From positions 1 through 12,658 of the forward strand of contig JBHLQM010000077.1 of assembly GCA_048884785.1 (NCBI GenBank): a stretch of DNA of 12,658 nucleotides. Reading direction: 5' to 3'. Shown piece by piece: positions 1 to 6,804 of this stretch (position 1 is its first letter; every line of letters starts with the position of its first letter). The notes under the pieces are model-generated. The model had not been told where the DNA came from and did not search any database. It saw only the letters and a program-made list of their open reading frames with translations. Position numbers and translations under genes: made by a program. Source of the DNA: Candidatus Thorarchaeota archaeon (GTDB lineage Archaea; Asgardarchaeota; Thorarchaeia; Thorarchaeales; Thorarchaeaceae).

Positions 1-77
1 CCTTGGAGTCTTGACCTAGGAACCTATGCTACTAGGTACCCAAACCAAGAATCATAGCCAAGCTAGACCACCGACCC
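1..77 (-). tRNA. tRNA-Pro(TGG), intron-containing, 3' part truncated by window edge
   Basis: Minus strand from 77 reads GGGTCGG TG GTCT AGCTTGGCTA TGAT T CTTGG TT TGG G [31-nt intron] T CCAAG G. This gives the 5' acceptor strand, a D arm with GG, anticodon stem CTTGG/CCAAG and anticodon TGG at 42-40. The T arm and 3' acceptor strand lie outside the window. Confidence 0.93.
8..38 (-). other. Canonical 37/38 tRNA intron (31 nt) with strict bulge-helix-bulge motif
   Basis: Intron TACCTAGTAGCATAGGTTCCTAGGTCAAGAC. Central helix TTTG(44-41)/CAAG(13-10), bulges GG^T and AC^T, inner helix ACCTAG/CTAGGT, outer helix = anticodon stem. Confidence 0.92.
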
Positions 78-105
78 ATGCGATGCTGTCGTCCGCAACC
101 TCAGG

Positions 106-111
106 TTATAA
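106..111 (-). promoter_or_regulatory. TATA box of tRNA-Pro
   Basis: TTATAA about 29 nt upstream of the mature tRNA 5' end at 77. Confidence 0.6.
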
Positions 112-142
112 GAATAACGGAGTTGCAAATTCTCCATAATGG

Positions 143-1867
143 TTATGGGTTGTCCATTTTGCGCTCTGCAATAATTCCCTGAAAGGGTCGAAGATGAATA
201 CCATTGTCGAGAATTGGGCTGCAGTGATGCAGGGTTGAGTAGAGTAGATGCCTTTCCCCTTTGATATCGCCGATGGAGATTTCTTTTTTGGAGAGATTCA
301 ACCATACCTCCACTACTTGTTTGCTGCCATTACCATTGAACCTACGTTCGTACGAAAGAATCTGTCCTCGAAACTTGGCTAGGTTCTTAATGCTCATGGA
401 ACCAGAATGAAGAGCTGGTGTGTTGCTTCTAAGGTACAGGAGGTCTTTGTAGCAATTGAGCAAGGATTCTGTTTTCTTTTCCTCGACTTCCACATTGATC
501 TCTTTATGATTGGGACCAATGGGCATCCATGGTTCAACCTCAGGCTTGCTGAATCCTGCATTTGATGAAGAGTTCCATTGCATAGGAGTACGACAATCAT
601 CTCGATTCAGGGAAACGCCTGTAATTTTCTGAACCAGATTAATAAAGAACTGGGGGAGTTTGCTGAATTTCAAGGCTACAGGATCCTGTGCATTCCTGAG
701 TGGAATTCTATGATTCAACATGCCAATCTCCTCACCCATATAGATGAATGGCACACCTCTTGCGGTAAGCTGTAAGATTGCATTCAGCTTTGCCTTGTTT
801 ATATCTGCTCCAAGTACGCTAATTCTGCGAGTCCGGTCATGATTGGAAAACACCCAGGTGGGAGTATAAGGTTCTGAGAAGAATTCCTCATATGCTAGCA
901 TTAGCTTTCTTAGCTTGATAGCTTCCAGTTTCACACCAAGTGACTGAAACTGGAAGACCATGTGAAGCCCGTCAGTCTTGCTATCTGCAGCTTCTCCACA
1001 ATACTGTTTGAGCACCTCGAGTGATGCACCAACCTCACCAACCAAGAACCGCTCAGGGTCCGAATACTCATCCATCACGCTGCGAAGCTCCTTCACAAAG
1101 ACAAAGTTGTCAGGGTGATTGATTGTATGTATATTATCATGAAAGAACCCCTTGGAGTCCTCTTCTGATGGCATATACTTCATTGCAAATGGATTGTCTT
1201 GGAGGTGCTCATCCTCGTAAATGGTATTGATGATATCGAGACGAAATCCATCAACTCCCTTATCCAACCAAAACCGCATGGTATCAAACATCTCCTGTTT
1301 TACCTCTGGATTGCGGTGATTGAGATCGGGTTGGAAGGGAAGGAACTGAGCCCAATACCATTGCTCAGTCAAATCATCGTAGTGCCAGCCTGAACCCCCG
1401 ATCATTGAATTCCAATTAGTTGGGGGTTTCTTCCCGCCGGGTTTCTTTCCATCCCGCCAGATATACCAGTCGCGCTTCGGATTGTCGCGGCTTGACCGGG
1501 ATTCCATAAACCATGGGTGCTGTTCGCTAGTATGATTAAGAACCATATCAAAGACTACATACATGTTTCGACTGTGAATCTCGGCTATGAGACGTTCGCA
1601 GTCATTCAGAGTTCCATACTCTGGGGCAATACTACGATAATCACTAACATCATACCCGTGGTCCTTCTGAGGACTCGCAAAGAAGGGCGAAAACCAAATA
1701 GTTTCGATACCCAAATCCTTCAGGTAGTCTAGCTTTGAGATTATACCAGGAATATCTCCTATCCCATTTCCTGTACTGTCTTTGAAACTTCTCGGATATA
1801 TTTGATATACAACTGTCCGCTTCCACCATGGAAGTGTCTTGGGATCATGGGGTGACATATCCAACAT
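143..1867 (-). CDS. GH13 alpha-glucosidase / oligo-1,6-glucosidase family protein
   Basis: 574 aa with WWKRTVVYQIYPRSFKDS-GIGD N-terminus, DMVLNHTS, QPDLN (oligo-1,6-glucosidase group signature), GFRLDIIN (nucleophile), LVGEV (acid/base), FSNHD and RDDCRTPMQW. Start could also be the ATG at 1858. Confidence 0.95.
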   Translation of the reverse strand: MLDMSPHDPKTLPWWKRTVVYQIYPRSFKDSTGNGIGDIPGIISKLDYLKDLGIETIWFSPFFASPQKDHGYDVSDYRSIAPEYGTLNDCERLIAEIHSRNMYVVFDMVLNHTSEQHPWFMESRSSRDNPKRDWYIWRDGKKPGGKKPPTNWNSMIGGSGWHYDDLTEQWYWAQFLPFQPDLNHRNPEVKQEMFDTMRFWLDKGVDGFRLDIINTIYEDEHLQDNPFAMKYMPSEEDSKGFFHDNIHTINHPDNFVFVKELRSVMDEYSDPERFLVGEVGASLEVLKQYCGEAADSKTDGLHMVFQFQSLGVKLEAIKLRKLMLAYEEFFSEPYTPTWVFSNHDRTRRISVLGADINKAKLNAILQLTARGVPFIYMGEEIGMLNHRIPLRNAQDPVALKFSKLPQFFINLVQKITGVSLNRDDCRTPMQWNSSSNAGFSKPEVEPWMPIGPNHKEINVEVEEKKTESLLNCYKDLLYLRSNTPALHSGSMSIKNLAKFRGQILSYERRFNGNGSKQVVEVWLNLSKKEISIGDIKGERHLLYSTLHHCSPILDNGIHLRPFQGIIAERKMDNP

Positions 1868-1964
1868 CTCTCAATCGGTAAAGATTAACATCACCCTTTT
1901 GTCATTTCTTACTAATGGGAAAGGTCATAACAGTAAATAGGAAAGTAGACTACAGTGAACTGTG

Positions 1965-2201
1965 ATGAGCCTCCTCGGCCCTGATGATTTTGACCTTAGC
2001 AAAAAAGAACGAAAGAAAAAGCTGGCCAGAGACCTCTCGCCAGAAGTATACAAACAGATTGAGAAATGGCTCGACCGAGAAGATGACCCTGAGGCGATTC
2101 GAAAGCTGACCGAATTAGTTGGCCCTGAAGAGGCAAAGCTCCTCATGGCCAAAAGGAAAAAGAAGCCCGAAAATAGAGATTCTCTCCTCGAAGACATGTA
2201 G
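1965..2201 (+). CDS. Small highly charged hypothetical protein
   Basis: ORF 1962(GTG)/1965(ATG)-2201, K/E/R/D-rich and helical-looking. It fills the gap divergent from the GH13 gene and lies directly upstream of the next gene. No family recognised. Confidence 0.7.
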   Translation: MSLLGPDDFDLSKKERKKKLARDLSPEVYKQIEKWLDREDDPEAIRKLTELVGPEEAKLLMAKRKKKPENRDSLLEDM

Positions 2202-2213
2202 GTGATTAGTGAT

Positions 2214-2588
2214 ATGACCGAGGATGAGATAGTTAATCTTGCCAAGGTTGCAAAGGAAAAAGGCGATTTGACAACAACGCTTGCTGTTATTAGAACAATA
2301 GAAGCAGAGAAGAGGACGCACTTGGCTGAGCTTCGAACAGGAATCGGGATTCTCACTATTCCACTTTCATTGCTTACAATTCTGATTGCAACTTCTCAGT
2401 ATTATCTGATTGAAGAGGTCTTGATTTTCATTGTCAGTTTAGCTATAGGAATAGTCTGTCTTGCCATTGTAGGCACATATCTGGTCATTGACGCTCTTCG
2501 AGATTTAAGGAAGAATGCCAATCTAAGACGCCTTGCATGTGTAGATACTGAGAGCCTATTGAGAACCAACCGGATGCTGATTGAGTGA
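2214..2588 (+). CDS. DUF202 (YidH-like) small membrane protein
   Basis: EAEKRTHLAELRTGIGILTIPLSLL resembles the DUF202 ANERTxLAWxRT motif and is followed by two hydrophobic helices. AGGTGA (2200-2205) sits 8 nt before ATG 2214, which favours that start over GTG 2202. Confidence 0.7.
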   Translation: MTEDEIVNLAKVAKEKGDLTTTLAVIRTIEAEKRTHLAELRTGIGILTIPLSLLTILIATSQYYLIEEVLIFIVSLAIGIVCLAIVGTYLVIDALRDLRKNANLRRLACVDTESLLRTNRMLIE

Positions 2589-2751
2589 AATAAGAAAAAG
2601 AGCAATGTATGCTGCAATCGAGGAGAGAAGAAAATCGAGCTTTGGATTAGAACTATCGACATCACTCGGTCGATTGACTTCTTTGCGTACTCGGTAAATC
2701 CCTAAAGTCGAAGAGTATACACTGTTTCATCTAATTCATGGAGTGAAGCAA

Positions 2752-3060
2752 ATGGAAACCAATTTGAAAGTAACAGTAGTGAAGAGATTTGGCTCTGAAG
2801 ACATTCTTGGACATGTGGTGCATTGGAATGGTAAACCAATTCTTCCGTGTAATCATCAAGTCGGAGAAGAATATATTGTTGATCACCATCTGAACAAACC
2901 CGAGGGATTGTGTGGTCGGGCTTGGCAAGACATGTATACTACTCTAATGGTCTATTACTTTGGAGGCGACTACGACTATCCGGAACCCGGAGTCACATAC
3001 CAACCCTGTGGTGACGGATTAAGACCAGTTATCTTCAAGATTGAGAAGTTAGAAAAATAG
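2752..3060 (+). CDS. TIGR04076-family small cysteine-containing protein
   Basis: Pattern LKVTVVK...PC-H-VGEEYIV...PEGLCGRAWQDMY...FGG...CGDGLRPVIFKIEKL is typical of TIGR04076. GGAGTGA RBS at 2740-2746 precedes ATG 2752 (ORF track starts at GTG 2743). Confidence 0.85.
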   Translation: METNLKVTVVKRFGSEDILGHVVHWNGKPILPCNHQVGEEYIVDHHLNKPEGLCGRAWQDMYTTLMVYYFGGDYDYPEPGVTYQPCGDGLRPVIFKIEKLEK

Positions 3061-3134
3061 GTGGAAACGGACTGGATACGTGAAATCTTACAGGATATTT
3101 ACCACAGTTTGTCCAAGGAGAGATTCAGAGAGAG

Positions 3135-3794
3135 ATGATTGATATCAGGAGGGTTATTGGGATTCCAATTCTTGTCGCTTTTCTTAACCTTGGGTTCCTA
3201 TTTTTCTATCCTGAGGTCTTTTTTTCATATACAACAGCTCTTACTGTAATCCTGTTTGAGGGGTTCATCATCATTGACATTACCATACGCCCAATATCCA
3301 CAAAGGAAGATCAATATCGAAGGTCACGGGTCTTCAATAGTATTCTATTCCTATCAATGCCAATTCTAATAGTTACACCATTATTAGAAAAGGACTATCT
3401 TACAATCTTATACCTTGGAACACAAGAATTGAGTCTGATGACCTATTTGGGAGTAGTAGTTCTCTTATTAGGTGGAGTTATTCTTCTTTTGAGCCGTTAC
3501 TATCTGGGTCACTTTGGTGGTCCTAGAATCGTTATAGAAGATGACCATCAGCTTGTCACAAGGGGACCCTATCAGCATATCCGCCATCCAATCTACCTTG
3601 GAATGCTTTTGCTTTTCATCGGGTACCTAGTTTCCTTAGGAGGTGTACTCGTATCCATAGGCTGGACGATTATTCTATTCTTCATACTTAGGGAAAGAAT
3701 AAACCAAGAAGAAGACTTGCTGAAATCACAATTTGGTGATGAGTATGATGCATACATTGCTCGAACGAGCAGATTGATTCCATATCTCTATTGA
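3135..3794 (+). CDS. Isoprenylcysteine carboxyl methyltransferase (ICMT/PEMT) family membrane methyltransferase
   Basis: Multi-TM 219 aa with HQLVTRGPYQHIRHPIYLG and RINQEEDLL...FGDEYDAY...RLIPYLY motifs. Substrate unknown. Confidence 0.9.
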   Translation: MIDIRRVIGIPILVAFLNLGFLFFYPEVFFSYTTALTVILFEGFIIIDITIRPISTKEDQYRRSRVFNSILFLSMPILIVTPLLEKDYLTILYLGTQELSLMTYLGVVVLLLGGVILLLSRYYLGHFGGPRIVIEDDHQLVTRGPYQHIRHPIYLGMLLLFIGYLVSLGGVLVSIGWTIILFFILRERINQEEDLLKSQFGDEYDAYIARTSRLIPYLY

Positions 3795-3800
3795 GAGATT

Positions 3801-3809
3801 AAAAAGAAG
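3801..3809 (-). terminator. Oligo-T terminator after tRNA-Thr
   Basis: Minus strand CTTCTTTTT immediately follows the encoded CCA. Confidence 0.5.
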
Positions 3810-3919
3810 TGGAGCCCCTGGCGAGATTTGAATTCGCGCCGGATGCCACAGATGTGCACACGGTCTCGCGGCCTCCTCCTTACCAAGGAGGCGATCTAAC
3901 CGGTCTAAGCTACAGGGGC
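3810..3919 (-). tRNA. tRNA-Thr(GGT) with non-canonical intron at 53/54; CCA encoded
   Basis: Minus strand: GCCCCTG TA GCTT AGACCGGTTA GATC G CCTCC TTGGTAA GGAGG AGGCC GCGAG [32 nt] TTCAAAT CTCGC CAGGGGC T CCA. Acceptor, anticodon and T stems pair perfectly after removing 3864-3833. Anticodon GGT at 3884-3882, U73 discriminator, mature length 78 nt. Confidence 0.95.
3833..3864 (-). other. 32-nt tRNA intron between G53 and U54 (T arm), relaxed BHB motif
   Basis: Intron ACCGTGTGCACATCTGTGGCATCCGGCGCGAA. Central helix CGCG(3870-3867)/CGCG(3838-3835), bulges AG^A and AA^T, inner helix CCG/CGG extended by an imperfect hairpin. The outer helix is not formed. Confidence 0.9.
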
Positions 3920-3950
3920 TTCCGTGACAGCAGGTCCTCTTGGAATCTGA

Positions 3951-3963
3951 GATAAAGGTTTCG
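3951..3963 (-). promoter_or_regulatory. BRE/TATA promoter of tRNA-Thr
   Basis: Minus strand CGAAACCTTTATC, ending 32 nt upstream of the tRNA 5' end. Confidence 0.6.
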
Positions 3964-4135
3964 AAGAGGAATCGAGTAGTGATGGGGAAGAACGGCTTCG
4001 CTTAACCTAGTCAGATTTTATATAGAATACTTTGTTCAGAAAAGATGTGGAATGGAGAATAGATGTGCCTTATATGAAGCAATCACAAATTGTATTGCAT
4101 AATAAAGGAACTCTCTTGAGGTGTGGATTGTAAAG

Positions 4136-4252
4136 ATGATTGAATTCTTACGTGTTGATGTGTACGGGCAAATCCAGAATCATGGAGATCCATATTATTG
4201 TGCTTATAGCTGGGAAATTGAGCATCTTGCCTATGTAAGGAGCTGGTGGTAA
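4136..4252 (+). CDS. Possible 38-aa small ORF or gene remnant
   Basis: MIEFLRVDVYGQIQNHGDPYYCAYSWEIEHLAYVRSWW*. It ends 6 nt before the next ATG, and GAGGTG at 4118-4123 is a somewhat distant RBS candidate. Below the ORF-track cutoff. Confidence 0.3.
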   Translation: MIEFLRVDVYGQIQNHGDPYYCAYSWEIEHLAYVRSWW

Positions 4253-4258
4253 ATCATC

Positions 4259-4816
4259 ATGGACTGGAGATATTCACTCATCGCAATTACAATCTTAATT
4301 CTAGTTTCTTCAAGCAGTAATGTTACTACTAGTGACACATTGCATTTCACCCAAGATGATATGGGACCAGATTTTCGTGGTGTTGGAAATCGATATACAG
4401 ATTATCCGCCAAACATTGAAACTGCAAATGATCAACTCTTACTCTATATTGATGTTTTAGACAATGATGGTATTGATACTGTTATTGGTAGCTACAAACT
4501 CACCAACGAAACGAATTGGAACAATATCACACTCAGTCTAAATCATACTTATAGCAATGGCTGGCAGGCATATCTGGGATATGGTCCTGATTTCTCACTA
4601 ACACAAGACAGTAGAGTATTGGTTTGGGATGTGAGATACTATGCTAATGATACGCTAGGCAACTGGAATGCTTCAGAGATAGGAAGGCACTCTTACGCCT
4701 TATTGAATTTTCAACACTCGCTGGATGTAACCTTGATAATTGGAGCCATTGTAGGAATCGGTATGCTTGCATTGGTTGTAGTTGTATTTATCCAAAAGAA
4801 ACGGATGACAACATAG
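4259..4816 (+). CDS. Secreted, C-terminally anchored surface (glyco)protein of unknown function
   Basis: N-terminal signal-like hydrophobic segment, beta-rich N/T/D-rich domain (YYANDTLGNWN), six N-x-S/T sequons, C-terminal TM helix followed by KKR. Confidence 0.85.
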   Translation: MDWRYSLIAITILILVSSSSNVTTSDTLHFTQDDMGPDFRGVGNRYTDYPPNIETANDQLLLYIDVLDNDGIDTVIGSYKLTNETNWNNITLSLNHTYSNGWQAYLGYGPDFSLTQDSRVLVWDVRYYANDTLGNWNASEIGRHSYALLNFQHSLDVTLIIGAIVGIGMLALVVVVFIQKKRMTT

Positions 4817-4917
4817 CAGAATGCCTCTCGACAAACATCTGAAGACTTGTCTGATAGCTTCACCTGTCTGCTAGTCCATGTCTTGGTAGAATCCGACCCC
4901 ATTAGCTGCCAAGATCA

Positions 4918-5817
4918 CTATAGCCCAAGCTGATGAAGATGTATCTGATACTTGCCAAGTTTTCCACCGTAGTTGCCTGCGCCAACCTTCATGACTCCAT
5001 CAAACTTGCACACTTCTTGTATCGCTACCTTGGTTGCCTCTGCAACTGCCTCTTCAGTCAGACCATTGATGACTATCTCCTGAACAAACTCAGCCCCCTC
5101 AGGAACAAAGGTATCCGGAACCAATGCTCTTAGAGTAGGGCAGTATCTCTCATTTGTCGAGGCAAACATGCCTTTGTATCTTGAAGAGGGCTTAGAGCCA
5201 GAACCAACAAGTCCGCCAGGAAACGGAGTATACGCACCTTCCACTTTCTCAATTGCTTTTACGGCAGCCATTCCACTATCCATTCCTGACTTGACATCGC
5301 GACAGGAGTAGATGATATTCCCCCCAGCAACACCCTTTGTTCGTCCGAAACTCTCCTGAACAACAAAAGTTCCGCTCATACGAGGCACAAGCCACAAGAC
5401 TCTACCGCCTATTGGGCCCTTCTTTATTTGATGTCCGTCTCCAAACATTGATACAAGTTTGCCAATTCGATAGGTGTCTTTTGCATTTGGGGTGTCATCA
5501 TATGCACAAGCTGTGGGGCTTGTTAAGACGCATTGTCCGATTCTAGCTAGAAGTTGCTTCTCGAGCTGATCGTCCTTTCCAGTGGCGAAAATAACACGAA
5601 CACCCGGTCGACCATCTGGAGTTTGGTTCTCTTTCAAGATGTACTCTATTCCGGCCTCCGAGGGTGCCATGATAACAGAGGTCCCAAATCCAGTAGCCTC
5701 AAGAGCTGTGATGCGTGCCCACTCCTCACTATAGGCAGTGATGATTGTTCTGTTCATATGCATGCTAAAAGCTTCTGCAAAAGTGTCTTCAATGGGTACG
5801 CCATTAATCTCCAACAT
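4918..5817 (-). CDS. ftr: Formylmethanofuran--tetrahydromethanopterin N-formyltransferase
   Basis: MLEINGVPIEDTFAEAF start, ATGFGTSVI, TPDGRPG, RIGQCVLTSPT, GVAGGN, TPFPGG, EIVINGL, AGNYGGKLG. Start is ATG 5817 (299 aa). The ORF-track extension to 6000 overlaps fwdC and is spurious. Confidence 0.97.
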   Translation of the reverse strand: MLEINGVPIEDTFAEAFSMHMNRTIITAYSEEWARITALEATGFGTSVIMAPSEAGIEYILKENQTPDGRPGVRVIFATGKDDQLEKQLLARIGQCVLTSPTACAYDDTPNAKDTYRIGKLVSMFGDGHQIKKGPIGGRVLWLVPRMSGTFVVQESFGRTKGVAGGNIIYSCRDVKSGMDSGMAAVKAIEKVEGAYTPFPGGLVGSGSKPSSRYKGMFASTNERYCPTLRALVPDTFVPEGAEFVQEIVINGLTEEAVAEATKVAIQEVCKFDGVMKVGAGNYGGKLGKYQIHLHQLGL

Positions 5818-5938
5818 AAGCCATCTTACCCAGCTCTTTTTTGGTGCAGTTCTACCATTTCTTTGTTGTGCCTTGTGATTAAATGCACAGTATTTATGAG
5901 GGAGAGGGTTTCGTATCATTTTCGAGTTGGTATAGCGT

Positions 5939-6793
5939 ATGACTGTGAATCTTACTCTAAAAGCTGAGCTCGATCTGCCTATTGAGGCAGACACAGTCAC
6001 ACCCAGTCATTTTGCAGGCAGAACCCTTGCAGAGATTGGGGGACTTCCTGTTCTTCAGGGGAACAAGACCTTGGGGCTAAAAGACTTCTTCGATATCAAG
6101 GGTGAGGCGGGAGAAACTGCTGATACCACTGAGATTGCTATAGAGGGAGATCTCCGCAAGGTCAAGATGATAGGAAAGGGAATGAATGGCGGCAAAATCA
6201 CTGTCAATGGTGATGCTGGCATGTATCTAGGAGCAGAGATGATTGCGGGTCGGATACACGTCAAGGGATCTGTTGGATCTTGGGCTGCAGCCGAGATGCA
6301 GGGCGGAAATATCCAGATTGAGGGCGATGCCGCTGACAGACTCTGTGCAGCCTATCGTGGCAGTTTAGATGGAATGAGTGGGGGTCGCGTGTATGTGGCT
6401 GGAAATGTTGGGAGAGAGATGGCGGCTCGGATGAGAAAGGGGTTCATAGCCGTAAAGGGGAATGTGGATGAACTCGCTGCCGCTCGGATGAAAGGTGGAA
6501 CTATTGTAGTCTGTGGCAATCTTGCAGAGAGACCTGGAGTAGGTGCCACAAAGGGCATGATAATAGTGCTTGGAAAGATAGAACCACTAATGCCAACTTA
6601 TCTTTACAGTGGAACTTCAGAACGGGAATTCACGAATTACTTTATCAACTATGTAAAATCGCGACGACCTGATTTCGTTGGGAGGGATATTCCCACCTCC
6701 GAGAAATGGGTCAAGTACATGGGGGACTTCGCTGAGGGAGACCCCAGAGAAGAAATCTATGTTCGGGCAAAGATGCACGAACATAACATGTAG
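5939..6793 (+). CDS. fwdC: Formylmethanofuran dehydrogenase subunit C (FwdC/FmdC/FhcC, GXGXG beta-helix)
   Basis: PIEADTVTP, VLQGNKT...DFFDI, repeated G-x-x-M-x-G-G-x-I-x-V-x-G units, AYRGS...GMSGG, PTY and C-terminal GD...EI. Adjacent to ftr and mch. Confidence 0.93.
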   Translation: MTVNLTLKAELDLPIEADTVTPSHFAGRTLAEIGGLPVLQGNKTLGLKDFFDIKGEAGETADTTEIAIEGDLRKVKMIGKGMNGGKITVNGDAGMYLGAEMIAGRIHVKGSVGSWAAAEMQGGNIQIEGDAADRLCAAYRGSLDGMSGGRVYVAGNVGREMAARMRKGFIAVKGNVDELAAARMKGGTIVVCGNLAERPGVGATKGMIIVLGKIEPLMPTYLYSGTSEREFTNYFINYVKSRRPDFVGRDIPTSEKWVKYMGDFAEGDPREEIYVRAKMHEHNM

Positions 6794-6804
6794 GGGTATG
6801 ACCA

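Noticed and set aside
1925-2665. Minus-strand ORFs 1925-2356, 2115-2321 and 2402-2665
   Set aside because: Antisense shadows of the plus-strand genes with no recognisable motifs.
2586-2705. Open frame continuing after the DUF202 TGA (possible selenocysteine readthrough)
   Set aside because: No redox-motif context at the TGA, no recognisable SECIS, and the protein looks complete. Only a short ATCGAC/GTCGAT stem is present.
143-3809. Integrated element between the two tRNA genes
   Set aside because: No integrase or transposase, and no duplicated tRNA 3' end (att site) found by eye.
3965-4020. Possible C/D-box sRNA (GTGATGG...)
   Set aside because: Box C is imperfect and there is no properly placed CTGA box D on the same strand.
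4880-4916. TCTTGGTAG...CTGCCAAGA stem after the ftr stop
   Set aside because: Imperfect stem with a long loop; at most a terminator between convergent genes, with no support for an ncRNA.
5554-5967. 137-aa plus-strand ORF and other short ORFs antisense to ftr, mch, MFS, aminotransferase and kor genes (e.g. 11526-11963)
   Set aside because: They lie opposite well-supported genes and show no protein-family signal.
5818-6000. 61-aa N-terminal extension of Ftr in the ORF track
   Set aside because: It overlaps the fwdC start and promoter region. Ftr similarity begins at MLEINGV (5817).
6100-6580. Quasi-repetitive G-rich sequence in fwdC
   Set aside because: Explained by the GXGXG beta-helix protein repeats; not a DNA repeat or CRISPR array.
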